Part shown: piece by piece, positions 8,865 through 20,441 of the stretch
How the letters are laid out: each line of letters starts with the position of its first letter
Position numbering within the stretch: position 1 is the stretch's first letter
Origin: Bacteroidaceae bacterium
GTDB lineage: Bacteria; Bacteroidota; Bacteroidia; Bacteroidales; Bacteroidaceae
DNA: 39,946 nucleotides
Direction: 5' to 3'
NCBI GenBank assembly: GCA_021443405.1
Contig: JABUUA010000002.1
Location: forward strand, 1 to 39,946
The notes under the pieces: model-generated
What the model was told of the DNA's origin: nothing
The model's input: the letters and a program-made list of their open reading frames with translations, nothing else
Databases searched by the model: none
Position numbers and translations under genes: made by a program

Positions 8865-9857
8865 TTAATCTTTATCTAATTTGTACTTAGAAATATCAGT
8901 CCCAAACGACAGATTCAGACTCTCGAGCAAATCATCAAGCTCCGTGAGCGATTTCTTACCGAAGTTGCGGAACTTCAAAAGGTCGTTCTTGTTGAACTGA
9001 ACAAGATCACCGAGTGTTTCCACATCGGCAGCCTTCAAACAGTTCAAGGCGCGCACGCTCAAATCCATATCAACCAACTTGGTCTTGAGGAGTTGACGCA
9101 TGTGAAGCACCTCCTCATCGAACTCTTCATTGCCTTCACCATCAGAATTCTCGATGGTAATCTTCTCGTCAGAGAACAGCATGAAGTGATAAATGAGAAT
9201 CTTGGCAGCCTCTTTAAGTGCATCTTTCGGGTGAATGGAACCGTCAGTTGTGATTTCGAGTACGAGCTTCTCGTAGTCAGTTTTCTGTTCTACGCGGAAG
9301 TTCTCGACAGCATATCTCACATTTCTGATAGGAGTGTAAATTGAATCGATTGGCAGTACATTGACGTCGGTGCAGAACTCACGATTCTCATCAGCAGGCA
9401 CGTAACCGCGACCCTTGTTGATGCTTATCTCCATCTGCATCGTTGCCTTTGCATCTAAATGGCAAATAACTAATTCAGGGTTTAACACTTCAAATCCAGT
9501 CAGATACTTATTAAAGTCACCTGCCTTGAACACCGTCGTGTTCTCAACCGTAACCGAAACTTTCTCGTTCTCGAATTCTTCAACTGTTTGTTTGAAGCGA
9601 ACCTGCTTCAAGTTCAAGATAATGTTGGTAACATCCTCCTTAACACCAGGTACGGTCGCGAACTCGTGCTCAACACCACCGATTGCAACGGTGTTGATTG
9701 CGAAACCGTCTAATGAAGAGAGAAGTATACGGCGCAAAGCATTACCTACGGTAGTACCAAAGCCACCTTCCAGAGGACGAAACTCGAACTTACCGTACTT
9801 GTCATCGGCCTCCAACATTATTACCTTTTCGGGTTTTTGAAATGCTAATATCGCCAT
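8865..9857 (-). CDS. rpoA: DNA-directed RNA polymerase subunit alpha.
   Basis: 330 aa. N-terminal domain [26 protein letters not shown]-terminal domain [21 protein letters not shown]. Confidence 0.97.
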   Translation of the reverse strand: MAILAFQKPEKVIMLEADDKYGKFEFRPLEGGFGTTVGNALRRILLSSLDGFAINTVAIGGVEHEFATVPGVKEDVTNIILNLKQVRFKQTVEEFENEKVSVTVENTTVFKAGDFNKYLTGFEVLNPELVICHLDAKATMQMEISINKGRGYVPADENREFCTDVNVLPIDSIYTPIRNVRYAVENFRVEQKTDYEKLVLEITTDGSIHPKDALKEAAKILIYHFMLFSDEKITIENSDGEGNEEFDEEVLHMRQLLKTKLVDMDLSVRALNCLKAADVETLGDLVQFNKNDLLKFRNFGKKSLTELDDLLESLNLSFGTDISKYKLDKD

Positions 9858-9866
9858 CCTTAATTA

Positions 9867-10472
9867 TTATTTAGAGTACAACTCAACGATCAACTGCTCC
9901 TTAATGGTCTCGGGAATATCGGCACGCTCAGGCTTGTGCAAATACTTACCACTCTTGGTGGTCTCATCCCACTCAATCCAAGGATATTTGCTGTGGTTGA
10001 AGCCTGCCAAAGCTGCTTCAATAACTTCCAGACTCTTTGCACGCTCACGCACACCGACAATCTGGCCGGGCCTCACGCTATAAGAAGCGATGCCTACGAC
10101 CTGACCATCAACTACGATATGCTTGTGGTTGACAAGCTGACGAGCAGCACGACGAGTGGGGGCAATACCGAGACGGTATACAACGTTATCGAGACGACTC
10201 TCAAGGTTCTGCAACAGAATCTCACCAGTGATACCGCTGGTACGAGCAGCCTTCTCAAACATATTGCGGAACTGCTTCTCCAATACACCATAAGTGTACT
10301 TAGCCTTCTGCTTCTCAGCCAGCATGACACCATACTCCGATGTCTTACGACGACGATTATTGCCGTGCTGGCCAGGAGGGAAGTTTCTGCGGGCACGAAC
10401 CTTCTCCGAGCCCAGTATAGTCTCACCGAAACGACGGTCGATTCTTGATTTTGGTCCAGTATATCTAGCCAT
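9867..10472 (-). CDS. rpsD: 30S ribosomal protein S4.
   Basis: [17 protein letters not shown]... and [13 protein letters not shown]. Confidence 0.97.
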   Translation of the reverse strand: MARYTGPKSRIDRRFGETILGSEKVRARRNFPPGQHGNNRRRKTSEYGVMLAEKQKAKYTYGVLEKQFRNMFEKAARTSGITGEILLQNLESRLDNVVYRLGIAPTRRAARQLVNHKHIVVDGQVVGIASYSVRPGQIVGVRERAKSLEVIEAALAGFNHSKYPWIEWDETTKSGKYLHKPERADIPETIKEQLIVELYSK

Positions 10473-10586
10473 AATTATTTTTAGTTTAGTTGGTAGTCCT
10501 TGTCAGGGTAGCAGCCGCGGCCACAGAAAGGAAATGTAAGCCAAAGACCTGCCAAGGGATGTACCGTTGTTTGTGTCTGTACAGAA

Positions 10587-10976
10587 TTATACTCTTCTTC
10601 TTTTGGGAGGACGGCATCCGTTGTGGGGCAACGGAGTAACGTCGATAATCTCAACCACCTCGATACCTGCACCATGCACAGTACGAATAGCAGACTCACG
10701 GCCGTTACCGGGACCCTTCACATAAGCCTTCACCTTTCTCAAGCCAAGATCATAAGCAACCTTTGAGCAATCCTGCGCTGCCATCTGAGCTGCGTAAGGA
10801 GTGTTCTTCTTAGAACCGCGGAAGCCCATCTTACCAGCTGAAGACCAAGAAATCACCTGACCCTCGCTATTGGCCAAAGACACAATAATGTTGTTGAAAG
10901 AGCTGTGTACGTGGAGCTGACCCATAGCGTCAACCTTCACGTTTCTCTTCTTAGCTGCGACTGTTTTCTTTGCCAT
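10587..10976 (-). CDS. rpsK: 30S ribosomal protein S11.
   Basis: [14 protein letters not shown]...[14 protein letters not shown]. Confidence 0.97.
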   Translation of the reverse strand: MAKKTVAAKKRNVKVDAMGQLHVHSSFNNIIVSLANSEGQVISWSSAGKMGFRGSKKNTPYAAQMAAQDCSKVAYDLGLRKVKAYVKGPGNGRESAIRTVHGAGIEVVEIIDVTPLPHNGCRPPKRRRV

Positions 10977-10984
10977 ATTAATTA

Positions 10985-11365
10985 TTATTTAGTAGCCTTT
11001 TTCTTGTTAGCAACGGTCTTCTTCTTACCCTTGCGAGTACGAGCGTTGTTCTTAGTGCTCTGACCGCGAACGGGCAGACCATTACGATGACGAACGCCAC
11101 GGTAACAACCGATATCCATAAGACGCTTGATGTTCATAGCGATCTCTGAACGAAGGTCACCCTCTACCTTATACTCAGCACCGATAATCTCACGAATCTT
11201 GGCTGCCTCGTCATCTGTCCAGTCCTGAACCTTCTTGTCACGATCAATGCCAGCCTTATCCAAAATCTTGGCCGAGCTACTGCGACCTATACCAAAAACA
11301 TAGGTCAAAGCGATTTCACCTCTCTTGTTCTGAGGTAAATCTACACCAACAATTCTAATTGCCAT
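10985..11365 (-). CDS. rpsM: 30S ribosomal protein S13.
   Basis: [27 protein letters not shown]...[18 protein letters not shown]. Confidence 0.97.
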   Translation of the reverse strand: MAIRIVGVDLPQNKRGEIALTYVFGIGRSSSAKILDKAGIDRDKKVQDWTDDEAAKIREIIGAEYKVEGDLRSEIAMNIKRLMDIGCYRGVRHRNGLPVRGQSTKNNARTRKGKKKTVANKKKATK

Positions 11366-11395
11366 ATATTAATTTATTCTTTAGCAATACTACAA

Positions 11396-11512
11396 TTAAC
11401 CCTGACGCGTCTTGAACTTAGGGTTCTTCTTGTTAATTACATACAGACGTCCCTTACGACGCACAATTTTGCAGTCAGCGGTACGTTTCTTCAAAGAAGC
11501 TCTTGTTTTCAT
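11396..11512 (-). CDS. rpmJ: 50S ribosomal protein L36 (38 aa, Cys-poor C-minus form). Not in the ORF track.
   Basis: Hand translation: [41 protein letters not shown] at 11512, TAA at 11396-11398. Lies in the canonical slot between infA and rpsM. Confidence 0.93.
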   Translation of the reverse strand: MKTRASLKKRTADCKIVRRKGRLYVINKKNPKFKTRQG

Positions 11513-11523
11513 ATTTTCTTGTT

Positions 11524-11742
11524 TTATTTATATCTGAATACTATGCGTCCCTTCGACAAGTCATACGGGCTCATTTCGACCTTTACCTTGTCGCCGGGGA
11601 GAATCTTGATGTAGTGCATTCTCATTTTTCCTGAGATATGCGCTGTTATCTCGTGTCCATTCTCGAGTTCAACGCGGAACATTGCATTCGAGAGCGACTC
11701 TACGATAACGCCATCTTGTTCTATTGCGGACTGTTTTGCCAT
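11524..11742 (-). CDS. infA: Translation initiation factor IF-1.
   Basis: 72 aa: [53 protein letters not shown]. Confidence 0.97.
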   Translation of the reverse strand: MAKQSAIEQDGVIVESLSNAMFRVELENGHEITAHISGKMRMHYIKILPGDKVKVEMSPYDLSKGRIVFRYK

Positions 11743-11743
11743 A

Positions 11744-12535
11744 TCAGTTCTTTTCTATTTTTTCAATTTCGTCAAACGAGGAGAGTATGTCAACTCTTCC
11801 TTGGTGGATAGCTATGGTATGCTCGAAGTGAGCCGCCGGTTTATGGTCGAGAGTCTTCACGGTCCAACGATCCGACATCATGCCAATCTTTGGGCTGCCC
11901 ATCGTAATCATTGGTTCGATAGCTATGCATAAGCCGTTTTTGATTTGCTTGCCATCTCCTCTCTTCCCAAAGTTGGGGACTTGGGGATCTTCATGCATAT
12001 TCCTGCCGATTCCGTGTCCCACAAATTCCTTTACGACTCCGAACCCTTGCGCTTCACAATGAGACTGAACGGCATAACCGATTTCTCCAATTCTGCGCCC
12101 GAGCTGGGCAGCCTCAATACCTTTATATAAAGCCTCCTTTGTTGTCTTGAGCAGTTGCTTCACTTCTTCGCTGACCTCACCCACACAAAACGTGTAGCAA
12201 GAATCGCCACAAAATCCGTTCAGCAAGGTACCACAATCCACAGAAACGATGTCACCATCCTGCAGGGGCTTGTCATTGGGTATCCCATGTACCACCTCGT
12301 CATTTACAGATGTACAAATCGATGCGGGAAACGGACCACCATAGGGGTTCGGGAACCCCTTGAAGGTGGGGACCGCTCCGTTATCTCTTATATACTCCTC
12401 GGCAATCTTATCAAGTTCCAGGGTGGTTACCCCAGGCCTTATTGCCTTTCCAAGTTCTGCGAGCGTTTTGCCAACTAATAGATTGGCCGCTCTCATCAGT
12501 TCAATTTCTTCCTCTGTCTTCAGAAATATCTGCAT
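11744..12535 (-). CDS. map: Type I methionine aminopeptidase.
   Basis: Motifs [23 protein letters not shown] place the start at [15 protein letters not shown] (ATG at 12535), which removes the overlap with the secY stop at 12543. Confidence 0.93.
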   Translation of the reverse strand: MQIFLKTEEEIELMRAANLLVGKTLAELGKAIRPGVTTLELDKIAEEYIRDNGAVPTFKGFPNPYGGPFPASICTSVNDEVVHGIPNDKPLQDGDIVSVDCGTLLNGFCGDSCYTFCVGEVSEEVKQLLKTTKEALYKGIEAAQLGRRIGEIGYAVQSHCEAQGFGVVKEFVGHGIGRNMHEDPQVPNFGKRGDGKQIKNGLCIAIEPMITMGSPKIGMMSDRWTVKTLDHKPAAHFEHTIAIHQGRVDILSSFDEIEKIEKN

Positions 12536-12542
12536 AGACCTT

Positions 12543-13880
12543 TTAATAGGCAGAAACGCCACCACGACCGCGAATTCTTCCTGAGCTCAACAAGCCGTCG
12601 TAATGTCTCATCAGCAAATGACTCTCAATCTGTTGCAAAGTATCGAGAACGACACCCACAAGAATCAGCAATGAGGTACCTCCGAAGAAATGTGCAAACT
12701 CAGGCTTCACATCAAGCAGACCAGCAAGAGCAGGCATGCACGCAATGAAAGCGAGAAACACAGAACCAGGAAGTGTGAGGTGAGACATAATATCATCCAG
12801 ATAATCTGCTGTATCCTTACCGGGACGAACACCGGGGATGAAACCATTGTTACGTTTGATGTCCTCCGCCATTTGAACAGGGTTCATGGTAATGGCCGTG
12901 TAGAAATAGGTGAACGCGACGATTAACAAAGCAAAAATGCAATTGTAAGGCAGACTGGTATAGTCTGACAACAACATCGCAATACCAGTGGTAGCATTTC
13001 CCTTTGAGAACAAACCTGCAAGAGTCGCAGGAACGAACATGATAGCCTGGGCAAAAATGATTGGCATCACATTTGCCGCAAACAACTTCAAGGGAATGTA
13101 CTGTCGAGCACCACCCACCTGCTGACCGCGTACCATACGCTGTGCATATTGCACAGGCACCTTACGGACGCCCTGAACAAGCAAGATAGATGCAAGGATT
13201 ACACCGAACAAAACAATAATTTCAATCAAGAAGGTTACCAGACCACCACCAGTCAGACCAGTGAAGCGGGAAACCACTTCCTGACCGAACGCCTGGGGCA
13301 GACGGGCAATAATACCCAACATGATAATCAAGGATACGCCATTTCCAATACCGCGATCCGTAATGCGCTCACCCACCCAGAGGATGAACATACTTCCTGC
13401 TGCCAAAATGATTGTAGAGGAAACAAGAAACATTGTCCAGGGGGCTACAATAGCGCCAGCGGACTGAACATGCAGGTTCAACAGATAGAAAGGAGCCTGG
13501 AACATCAGAATACCAATCGTCAAGTAACGAGTGTACTGATTAATCTTACGGCGTCCGCTCTCACCCTCACGCTGCATCTTTTGGAAATAAGGTACGGCAA
13601 GTGCGAGCAATTGGATAACAATAGAAGCAGAAATGTAGGGCATGATTCCCAATGCGAACACTGACGCATTTGAAAAAGCACCACCAGAGAACATATTCAA
13701 CAAGGACATAAGACCCTCATTGGTCTGCTCACGCAATGCCGTCAAGCGTTCAGGGTTAATGCCGGGAAGCACGATGAACGAGCCGAAACGGTAGATGGCA
13801 GCAAACGCTAAGGTCACGAGGAGACGACTACGCAAATCCTCGATTGCCCATATGTTCTTAACTGTATTTACAAACTTCAT
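12543..13880 (-). CDS. secY: Preprotein translocase subunit SecY.
   Basis: 445 aa, polytopic. Contains FSGGAFSNASVFALGIMPYISASII. Confidence 0.96.
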   Translation of the reverse strand: MKFVNTVKNIWAIEDLRSRLLVTLAFAAIYRFGSFIVLPGINPERLTALREQTNEGLMSLLNMFSGGAFSNASVFALGIMPYISASIVIQLLALAVPYFQKMQREGESGRRKINQYTRYLTIGILMFQAPFYLLNLHVQSAGAIVAPWTMFLVSSTIILAAGSMFILWVGERITDRGIGNGVSLIIMLGIIARLPQAFGQEVVSRFTGLTGGGLVTFLIEIIVLFGVILASILLVQGVRKVPVQYAQRMVRGQQVGGARQYIPLKLFAANVMPIIFAQAIMFVPATLAGLFSKGNATTGIAMLLSDYTSLPYNCIFALLIVAFTYFYTAITMNPVQMAEDIKRNNGFIPGVRPGKDTADYLDDIMSHLTLPGSVFLAFIACMPALAGLLDVKPEFAHFFGGTSLLILVGVVLDTLQQIESHLLMRHYDGLLSSGRIRGRGGVSAY

Positions 13881-13888
13881 AATGTATC

Positions 13889-14332
13889 TTACAATTTAGT
13901 GGCAGTACCACCAGCATTCTGAATAGCGTTTTCAGCGGTTGCAGAGAAAGCATGAGCCGTCACCTCAACCTTAGCGGTCAATGTACCATTGCCAAGAATC
14001 TTCACCAATTGACTGGCCTTTGCAAAACCTGCATTAACCAACTCCTCAATACCAATAGTGGTGATACCCTTATCGGCAAGAGCCTGCAACGTATCAAGGT
14101 TCACAGCCTGGTAAGAAATGCGGTTGATGTTCTTGAAACCATGTTTGGGAAGACGACGCTGCAAAGGCATCTGGCCACCCTCGAAACCAATTTTCTTCTT
14201 GTAACCAGAGCGAGCCTTAGCACCCTTGTGACCGCGAGTAGAGGTGCCACCCAGACCAGAGCCGGGGCCGCGACCAATACGACGTTCAGAGTGTGTAGAG
14301 CCAACTGCAGGCTTCAAATTATTCAATTTCAT
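13889..14332 (-). CDS. rplO: 50S ribosomal protein L15.
   Basis: MKLNNLKPAVGSTHSERRIGRGPGSGLGGTSTRGHKG. Confidence 0.96.
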   Translation of the reverse strand: MKLNNLKPAVGSTHSERRIGRGPGSGLGGTSTRGHKGAKARSGYKKKIGFEGGQMPLQRRLPKHGFKNINRISYQAVNLDTLQALADKGITTIGIEELVNAGFAKASQLVKILGNGTLTAKVEVTAHAFSATAENAIQNAGGTATKL

Positions 14333-14360
14333 AATCTTAATCGAATTAACAGTTGATTAA

Positions 14361-14537
14361 TTAGTCAATCACCTGAACCAAGTGATGAACCTTCTGCACC
14401 AAACCACGGTTTGAGGGATTGTCCTCAATCTCAACAACCTGATTCATCTTTCTCAGACCCAAGGTGTCGAGAGTGGCCTTCTGCGTGCGGGGAGCGTGAA
14501 TACGACTTCTAACTTGCTTTACTTTAATTGTTGCCAT
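14361..14537 (-). CDS. rpmD: 50S ribosomal protein L30 (58 aa). Not in the ORF track.
   Basis: Hand translation: MATIKVKQVRSRIHAPRTQKATLDTLGLRKMNQVVEIEDNPSNRGLVQKVHHLVQVID*. Lies in the slot between rpsE and rplO. Confidence 0.92.
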   Translation of the reverse strand: MATIKVKQVRSRIHAPRTQKATLDTLGLRKMNQVVEIEDNPSNRGLVQKVHHLVQVID

Positions 14538-14549
14538 AGTGTATCCTCC

Positions 14550-15062
14550 TTATCCTCTAAATACTTTTTCAACACTGATACCACGGCTGGCAGCAACTTG
14601 CTTAGCATCGCGCATCTCAGAAAGAGCTGCGATAGTAGCCTTTACCAGATTGTGGGGGTTAGAAGAACCCTTTGACTTAGCGAGTACGTCCGTAATACCA
14701 ACGCTGTCGAGAACGGCACGCATTGCACCACCGGCAACCACACCCGTACCATGTGACGCAGGCATAATCAGAACCTCGGCACCACCAAACTTAGCGATAG
14801 CCTCGTGGGGCACTGTACCCTTCACGACAGGAACCTGTACAAGATTCTTCTTAGCAGCCTCTACTCCCTTAGCAATGGCAGCAGTGACTTCACCAGCTTT
14901 ACCAAGTCCCCAACCGATGATACCATTCTCATTACCAACTACCACGATGGCGCTGAATGTGAATGTGCGACCACCCTTGGTAACCTTGGTAACACGATTG
15001 ATAGCAACCAATCTATCTTTTAATTCGATATCGCTATTTAACTTAACCTTATTAATTGCCAT
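14550..15062 (-). CDS. rpsE: 30S ribosomal protein S5.
   Basis: [38 protein letters not shown]. Confidence 0.97.
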   Translation of the reverse strand: MAINKVKLNSDIELKDRLVAINRVTKVTKGGRTFTFSAIVVVGNENGIIGWGLGKAGEVTAAIAKGVEAAKKNLVQVPVVKGTVPHEAIAKFGGAEVLIMPASHGTGVVAGGAMRAVLDSVGITDVLAKSKGSSNPHNLVKATIAALSEMRDAKQVAASRGISVEKVFRG

Positions 15063-15067
15063 AATCT

Positions 15068-15415
15068 TTAGAATTTAAGTCCACCGTTACGGGCGCCGTC
15101 TGCCAATGCCTTAACGCGGCCATGGTAGAGATAACCATTACGATCGAATACTACAGTAGTGATACCTGCCTCAAGAGCCTTTTTAGCAACCAGCTCACCT
15201 ACCTTAGTAGCCTGCTCCAACTTAGGACAAGACTCCATACCGAGAGATGATGCAGAAACCAACGTCTTACCAGTCGCGTCGTTATCGTTAATAATCTGTA
15301 CGTAGATTTGCTTGTTACTACGGAACACACTCATACGAGGACGCTCTGCAGTACCATTGACATTCTTACGAACTCTGTACTTAATCTTAATTCGTCTTTC
15401 TATTTTTGTTGTCAT
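15068..15415 (-). CDS. rplR: 50S ribosomal protein L18.
   Basis: [21 protein letters not shown]...[22 protein letters not shown]. Confidence 0.96.
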   Translation of the reverse strand: MTTKIERRIKIKYRVRKNVNGTAERPRMSVFRSNKQIYVQIINDNDATGKTLVSASSLGMESCPKLEQATKVGELVAKKALEAGITTVVFDRNGYLYHGRVKALADGARNGGLKF

Positions 15416-15433
15416 GATCTTACTGTTTTAAAA

Positions 15434-16006
15434 TTACTTAGCACCAGCTGACTTACCAGACTTTCTACGAATCTGCTCACCAACGAACAAGATACCCTTA
15501 CCCTTGTAAGGCTCAGGCTTACGGAAAGAACGAATTTTTGCACAAACTTGGCCCAAGAGCTGTTTGTCGCAAGACTTCAATATTACGAGAGGATTCTGGT
15601 TACGCTCCGACTTCGTCTCCACCTTAATTTCTGCAGGCAGTTGAATGAAGATGTTGTGAGTATAACCAAGCGAGAACTCAATCAAGTTACCCTGGTTAGA
15701 GGCACGATAACCGACACCTACCAACTCGAGCTGCTTCTCATAACCCTGAGAAACGCCAACCACCATATTGTTGACCAAAGAACGATACAAACCATGGAAA
15801 GCCTGCTTCTGCTTGCCTTCTACAGAATCATTCTGCTCGTCAATCTCGAAAGTCAACTCACCTTCGTTGATATTTACCTTAATTGAAGGATGAATAGCCT
15901 GACTCAGCTCACCTTCCTTACCCTTTACAGTGATTACGTTTTCGTCGCTTACGTTGATAGTAACACCTGAGGGAATAGTAATGGGCAATTTTCCAATTCT
16001 AGACAT
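15434..16006 (-). CDS. rplF: 50S ribosomal protein L6.
   Basis: MSRIGKLPITIPSGVTINV...LVGVGYRA...PEPYKGKGI. Confidence 0.96.
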   Translation of the reverse strand: MSRIGKLPITIPSGVTINVSDENVITVKGKEGELSQAIHPSIKVNINEGELTFEIDEQNDSVEGKQKQAFHGLYRSLVNNMVVGVSQGYEKQLELVGVGYRASNQGNLIEFSLGYTHNIFIQLPAEIKVETKSERNQNPLVILKSCDKQLLGQVCAKIRSFRKPEPYKGKGILFVGEQIRRKSGKSAGAK

Positions 16007-16021
16007 TGTTCAATCCTCCTA

Positions 16022-16417
16022 TTAATATACGTAGCAAAGAACCTCGCCACCGACTTTGAGCTCAGCAGCTTCTTTGTTCGTCATTACACCCCTGGAAGTG
16101 GATAAAATAGCAATACCCAATCCGTTAATAACACGTGGCATGTCTTTGTAACCGGTGTACTTACGCATACCGGGCGTAGAAATGCGAATCAACTTCTTGA
16201 TAGCATTGGCCTTAGTGGCAGGGTCATACTTGAGTGCCACCTTGATGCTACCCTGAGGGCCATCCTCCACGAACTTGTAGTTCAGGATGTAGCCCTTCTC
16301 AAAAAGGATCTTTGTAATCTCCTTCTTCAAATTTGACGCGGGGCACTCAACCACTCTGTGCTTTGCCTGAATTGCATTACGCAACCGAGTCAAATAATCT
16401 GCAATAGGATCTGTCAT
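16022..16417 (-). CDS. rpsH: 30S ribosomal protein S8.
   Basis: MTDPIADYLTRLRNA...GIAILSTSRGVMTNKEA...GGEVLCYVY. Confidence 0.97.
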   Translation of the reverse strand: MTDPIADYLTRLRNAIQAKHRVVECPASNLKKEITKILFEKGYILNYKFVEDGPQGSIKVALKYDPATKANAIKKLIRISTPGMRKYTGYKDMPRVINGLGIAILSTSRGVMTNKEAAELKVGGEVLCYVY

Positions 16418-16479
16418 TGTTTAAAATTTTAATTAATCGGGACGCTCCCGACAATATTAAAGAATTAATAATAAATGCT

Positions 16480-16779
16480 TTACCAACTTGCCTTCTTCAC
16501 ACCGGGAATCAAGCCATTTGAGGCCATCTCGCGGAACTGAATACGACTGATGCCAAACAAGCGGATGTAACCCTTGGGACGTCCGGTTATCTTACAGCGA
16601 TTGTGCAGACGTATGGGGTTAGCATTGCGGGGAATCGACTGCAACTTCTGCGCAGCCTCATAAGCCTCCACAGGATCGCCAGTGTTGACAATCTTCTTCA
16701 AAGCAGCACGCTTCTCAGCATACTTTGCAACCAATTTGGCTCTCTTGACCTCACGGGCCTTCATAGATTCTTTTGCCAT
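16480..16779 (-). CDS. rpsN: 30S ribosomal protein S14 (long form).
   Basis: [20 protein letters not shown]...[26 protein letters not shown]. Confidence 0.96.
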   Translation of the reverse strand: MAKESMKAREVKRAKLVAKYAEKRAALKKIVNTGDPVEAYEAAQKLQSIPRNANPIRLHNRCKITGRPKGYIRLFGISRIQFREMASNGLIPGVKKASW

Positions 16780-16785
16780 ATCTTA

Positions 16786-17343
16786 TTAGTCGTTTTTAGC
16801 ATTCTTGAAAGGCAAACCAAACTCCTTGAGAAGAGCATAGCCCTCTTCGTCGGTCTTAGCTGTGGTAACAAAAGTAATATTCATACCTAAGATGCGGTCG
16901 ATAGTGTCGATGTTAATCTCAGGGAAGATGATTTGCTCCTGAATACCCAACGTATAGTTACCACGACCATCAAATTTACTTTCGATACCTTTGAAGTCGC
17001 GGATACGAGGCAGAGCAACACGTACGAGTTTCTCGAGGAACTCATACATACGCTCACGACGCAGGGTAACCATCACGCCGATAGGCATTTTCTTACGCAG
17101 TTTGAAGTTTGCCACGTCCTTCTTTGAAACTGTAGCAACGGCCTTCTGACCGGTGATGGCAGTAATCTCGTTGATAGCAATTTCAATAATTTTCTTGTCA
17201 GCAGTAGCCATACCCAGACCTTGATTGATAACAATCTTCTTGAGCACGGGAATCTGCATAGATGAAGAGTAATTGAACTGCTTCATCAAAGCAGGCGCGA
17301 TGCGCTCTGCATATTCTTTCTTAAGGCTTGCAGTATTTGCCAT
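16786..17343 (-). CDS. rplE: 50S ribosomal protein L5.
   Basis: [12 protein letters not shown]...ITGQKAV...[13 protein letters not shown]...[10 protein letters not shown]. Confidence 0.97.
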   Translation of the reverse strand: MANTASLKKEYAERIAPALMKQFNYSSSMQIPVLKKIVINQGLGMATADKKIIEIAINEITAITGQKAVATVSKKDVANFKLRKKMPIGVMVTLRRERMYEFLEKLVRVALPRIRDFKGIESKFDGRGNYTLGIQEQIIFPEINIDTIDRILGMNITFVTTAKTDEEGYALLKEFGLPFKNAKND

Positions 17344-17663
17344 TACTTAATCTCCTCTCCAGATTTTTTTGCATAACGGACAAGTTTACCGTCTGCATTC
17401 AACTTTCTACCAATACGAGTGGGCTTACCTGACTTGGGGTCAACTACGTTCAGATTTGAAATCTGAATGGGAGCCTCCATCTCAATAATGCCACCCTGAG
17501 GGAACTTGGCGCTGGGCTTCTGGCTCTTCTTCACCTTGTTCACACCCTCAACGATAGCGCGCTTCTCGCTTACAAACACTTTGAGCACGGTACCTGTCTG
17601 ACCCTTGCAATCACCAGCGTTTACATAAACGGTGTCGCCTTTCTTAATGTGTAACTTACTCAT
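17343..17663 (-). CDS. rplX: 50S ribosomal protein L24.
   Basis: [29 protein letters not shown]. There is a 1-nt TAATG overlap with rplE. Confidence 0.96.
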   Translation of the reverse strand: MSKLHIKKGDTVYVNAGDCKGQTGTVLKVFVSEKRAIVEGVNKVKKSQKPSAKFPQGGIIEMEAPIQISNLNVVDPKSGKPTRIGRKLNADGKLVRYAKKSGEEIK

Positions 17664-17685
17664 TACTGTGAATTACTTAAACTGA

Positions 17686-18051
17686 TTAAAGTACCTCAGG
17701 TGCCAATGAAACGACCTTCATGTTTGCAGCACGGAGTTCACGAGCAACGGGACCGAAAATACGGCTACCACGAAGCTCACCAGCATTGTTCAACAGCACG
17801 CATGCGTTGTCATCGAAACGGATGTATGAACCATCGGGACGACGCACTTCCTTCTTGGTGCGAACAATGAGGGCCTTAGAGACTGCACCCTTCTTAACAT
17901 CACTGGTGGGGATTGCACTTTTAATAGCAACAACAATCACGTCACCAACAGACGCATAGCGACGGCGAGTGCCACCGAGTACACGAATGCACAAGCACTC
18001 CTTTGCGCCACTGTTGTCTGCAACTGTTAATCTTGATTCTACTTGTATCAT
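17686..18051 (-). CDS. rplN: 50S ribosomal protein L14.
   Basis: [27 protein letters not shown]. Confidence 0.97.
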   Translation of the reverse strand: MIQVESRLTVADNSGAKECLCIRVLGGTRRRYASVGDVIVVAIKSAIPTSDVKKGAVSKALIVRTKKEVRRPDGSYIRFDDNACVLLNNAGELRGSRIFGPVARELRAANMKVVSLAPEVL

Positions 18052-18053
18052 GA

Positions 18054-18311
18054 TTACTTAGCTCTTTCTACGATTTCTACTACTCTCCATCTCTTGGTCT
18101 TGCTCAAAGGACGAGTCTCCATAATCAGAACGGTGTCACCCTTGTGGCAATCGTTGTTCTCATCATGAGCATGGTACTTCTTCGTCTTGCTGACGAATTT
18201 ACCATAAATGGGGTGTTTCTCCTTGAACTTTGCAGCAACTACAATGGTCTTATCCATCTTTTCGCTAACTACAACACCAGTTCTTGTCTTTCTTAAATTT
18301 CTAGCTTCCAT
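18054..18311 (-). CDS. rpsQ: 30S ribosomal protein S17.
   Basis: [20 protein letters not shown]...[27 protein letters not shown]. Confidence 0.96.
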   Translation of the reverse strand: MEARNLRKTRTGVVVSEKMDKTIVVAAKFKEKHPIYGKFVSKTKKYHAHDENNDCHKGDTVLIMETRPLSKTKRWRVVEIVERAK

Positions 18312-18328
18312 GTTGTTCGGACCATTAA

Positions 18329-18526
18329 TTATTTGTTGTCAAGTTCTCTCTGGCGCAAAACCGTCATCAGACGAGCGATATTACGACGCGCAGCCTTAAT
18401 CTGAGCATTGTTCTCAAGGGGAGAAACTGCGTGATTGAGCAACATCTGAGAGTATTTAGCCTTCTCAGTCTGCACGAGCTCCTGCAAGTCGGCGGTAGCC
18501 ATCTCCTTAATTTCAGCAATCTTCAT
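18329..18526 (-). CDS. rpmC: 50S ribosomal protein L29.
   Basis: 65 aa: [18 protein letters not shown]...[15 protein letters not shown]. Lies in the slot between rplP and rpsQ. Confidence 0.94.
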   Translation of the reverse strand: MKIAEIKEMATADLQELVQTEKAKYSQMLLNHAVSPLENNAQIKAARRNIARLMTVLRQRELDNK

Positions 18527-18528
18527 AA

Positions 18529-18954
18529 TTATGCGTTTTTATCGTAATCTCTTCTAACAATAAACTTGGTTGTAACGGGCAGCTTCTGAGCAGCCAAACG
18601 GAGAGCTTCCTTGGCAATCTCGTATGAAACGCCTTCAATCTCAAAGATAATGCGGCCGGGAGTGATGGGGAACACGAAACCTACGGGATCACCCTTACCT
18701 TTACCCATACGCACATCTGCAGGCTTCTTCGTGATTGGCTTATCGGGGAAGATGCGAATCCAGCTCTGTCCCTCACGCTGCATGTAACGAGTCATGGCGA
18801 CACGGGCTGCCTCAATCTGACGGGCAGTAATCCAGTGTGTATCCAAAGACTTGATACCGAACGAACCAAAAGCCAACTGGTTGCCACGCATTGCATTGCC
18901 CTTGCGAGCATTCTTTTGCGGTCTTCTGTATTTAGTTCTTTTAGGCTGTAACAT
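18529..18954 (-). CDS. rplP: 50S ribosomal protein L16.
   Basis: [21 protein letters not shown]...[13 protein letters not shown]. Confidence 0.97.
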   Translation of the reverse strand: MLQPKRTKYRRPQKNARKGNAMRGNQLAFGSFGIKSLDTHWITARQIEAARVAMTRYMQREGQSWIRIFPDKPITKKPADVRMGKGKGDPVGFVFPITPGRIIFEIEGVSYEIAKEALRLAAQKLPVTTKFIVRRDYDKNA

Positions 18955-18967
18955 GATGTTCTAATTT

Positions 18968-19699
18968 TTAACGATTGTTGTTCTTCTTGCGACGGTTGTT
19001 GTTACGACCACCGTTACCGAAGTTGCGGCCACCGTTCTCCTTCTGCTGAGCGAAGTTGGGAGCAAGATCCTTCTTGCCATAAACCTCACCACGGCAAATC
19101 CATACTTTGATACCGAGCAGGCCCACCTTGGTGAGAGCCTCTGAGTGACAATAGTCGATGTCTGCGCGGAACGTGTGCAAGGGAGTGCGACCCTCCTTGA
19201 ACATTTCGCTTCGTGCGATTTCTGCACCATTCAAACGACCAGAGATTAACACTTTGATACCCTCAGCACCAGCACGCATAGTATTAGCGATTGCCATCTT
19301 GATAGCGCGACGGTAAGCAATCTTACCCTCAACCTGGCGAGCGATATTGTTGGCAACAATAGTTGCATCAAGCTCAGGTTTCTTAACCTCAAAGATATTG
19401 ATTTGGATATCCTTGTCAGTTACCTTCTTCAACTCCTCCTTCAACTTATCAACATTCTCGCCACCCTTACCTATAATAAGACCCGGGCGAGCAGTGCAGA
19501 TAGTAATAGTAACGAGTTTCAAAGTGCGCTCAATAACGATTTTTGCGATGTTGGCATCGGCCAGACGAGCGTTCAGATACTTACGAATCTTGCTGTCCTC
19601 GAGCAGAGAATCACCAAAATTCTTGCCACCGAACCAATTAGAATCCCAACCGCGTACGATACCCAAACGGTTGCTAATAGGATTAACTTTCTGTCCCAT
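18968..19699 (-). CDS. rpsC: 30S ribosomal protein S3 with a Gly/Asn/Arg-rich tail.
   Basis: [23 protein letters not shown]...[14 protein letters not shown]. Confidence 0.97.
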   Translation of the reverse strand: MGQKVNPISNRLGIVRGWDSNWFGGKNFGDSLLEDSKIRKYLNARLADANIAKIVIERTLKLVTITICTARPGLIIGKGGENVDKLKEELKKVTDKDIQINIFEVKKPELDATIVANNIARQVEGKIAYRRAIKMAIANTMRAGAEGIKVLISGRLNGAEIARSEMFKEGRTPLHTFRADIDYCHSEALTKVGLLGIKVWICRGEVYGKKDLAPNFAQQKENGGRNFGNGGRNNNRRKKNNNR

Positions 19700-19708
19700 A
19701 CTTTAAAC

Positions 19709-20110
19709 TTAATCGTTATTCTTTTTGGTATCAACATACAGGGTGATGTGGTTAGAACGCTTACGAATTCTATAACCACGGCCCTGAGGAGCGGGTCTCA
19801 TACGCTTGAGGGTAGCACCCTCGTCTACGAATACACGTGAAACGAACAGTTCGCCATCCTCGGCCTTGCGCTCGTTCTTCTGCTCCCAATTTGCAATAGC
19901 AGAGCGGAGAACCTTCTCTACGTCTGCAGAAGCAGCCTTAGCGCAGAACTTCAGGGTGCCAAGTGCTCTGTTAACCTCCATGCCGCGAATCAAATCAACA
20001 ACATATCTCATCTTGCGGGGAGAAGAGGGCACATCCTTCAGCTTTGCGAAATACTGGGTCTTCTTCGCTGCTTTAATAGCTTCAGCAGCCAGTCTTTTTC
20101 TTTTTCCCAT
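19709..20110 (-). CDS. rplV: 50S ribosomal protein L22.
   Basis: [21 protein letters not shown]...[29 protein letters not shown]. Confidence 0.96.
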   Translation of the reverse strand: MGKRKRLAAEAIKAAKKTQYFAKLKDVPSSPRKMRYVVDLIRGMEVNRALGTLKFCAKAASADVEKVLRSAIANWEQKNERKAEDGELFVSRVFVDEGATLKRMRPAPQGRGYRIRKRSNHITLYVDTKKNND

Positions 20111-20147
20111 TATATTATTACTCTAATTTTGTCTTTAATGTCCTGCT

Positions 20148-20417
20148 TTACTTCTTCTTGTTACCAGCATGACCGCCGAACTTACGAGTGGGAGCGAACT
20201 CACCGAGCTTGTGTCCAACCATGTTCTCAGTAACGTAAACAGGAATAAACTTGTTACCGTTATGCACAGCGATGGTATGACCAACCATATCGGGAGAAAT
20301 CATAGATGCGCGTGCCCAGGTCTTCACTACAGTCTTCTTGCCACTCTCATTCATGGCGAGAATCTTCTTTTCAAGATTTACCTCGATGTAGGGACCTTTC
20401 TTTAATGAACGACTCAT
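20148..20417 (-). CDS. rpsS: 30S ribosomal protein S19.
   Basis: [12 protein letters not shown]...[33 protein letters not shown]. Confidence 0.97.
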   Translation of the reverse strand: MSRSLKKGPYIEVNLEKKILAMNESGKKTVVKTWARASMISPDMVGHTIAVHNGNKFIPVYVTENMVGHKLGEFAPTRKFGGHAGNKKK

Positions 20418-20441
20418 AATTTACTCAATTAACTTGCTAGT

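Noticed and set aside
18961-19230. 89-aa minus-strand ORF overlapping the rpsC 3' region in another frame.
   Set aside because: It lies entirely inside the unmistakable S3 gene. It is Arg/Thr/Val-rich.
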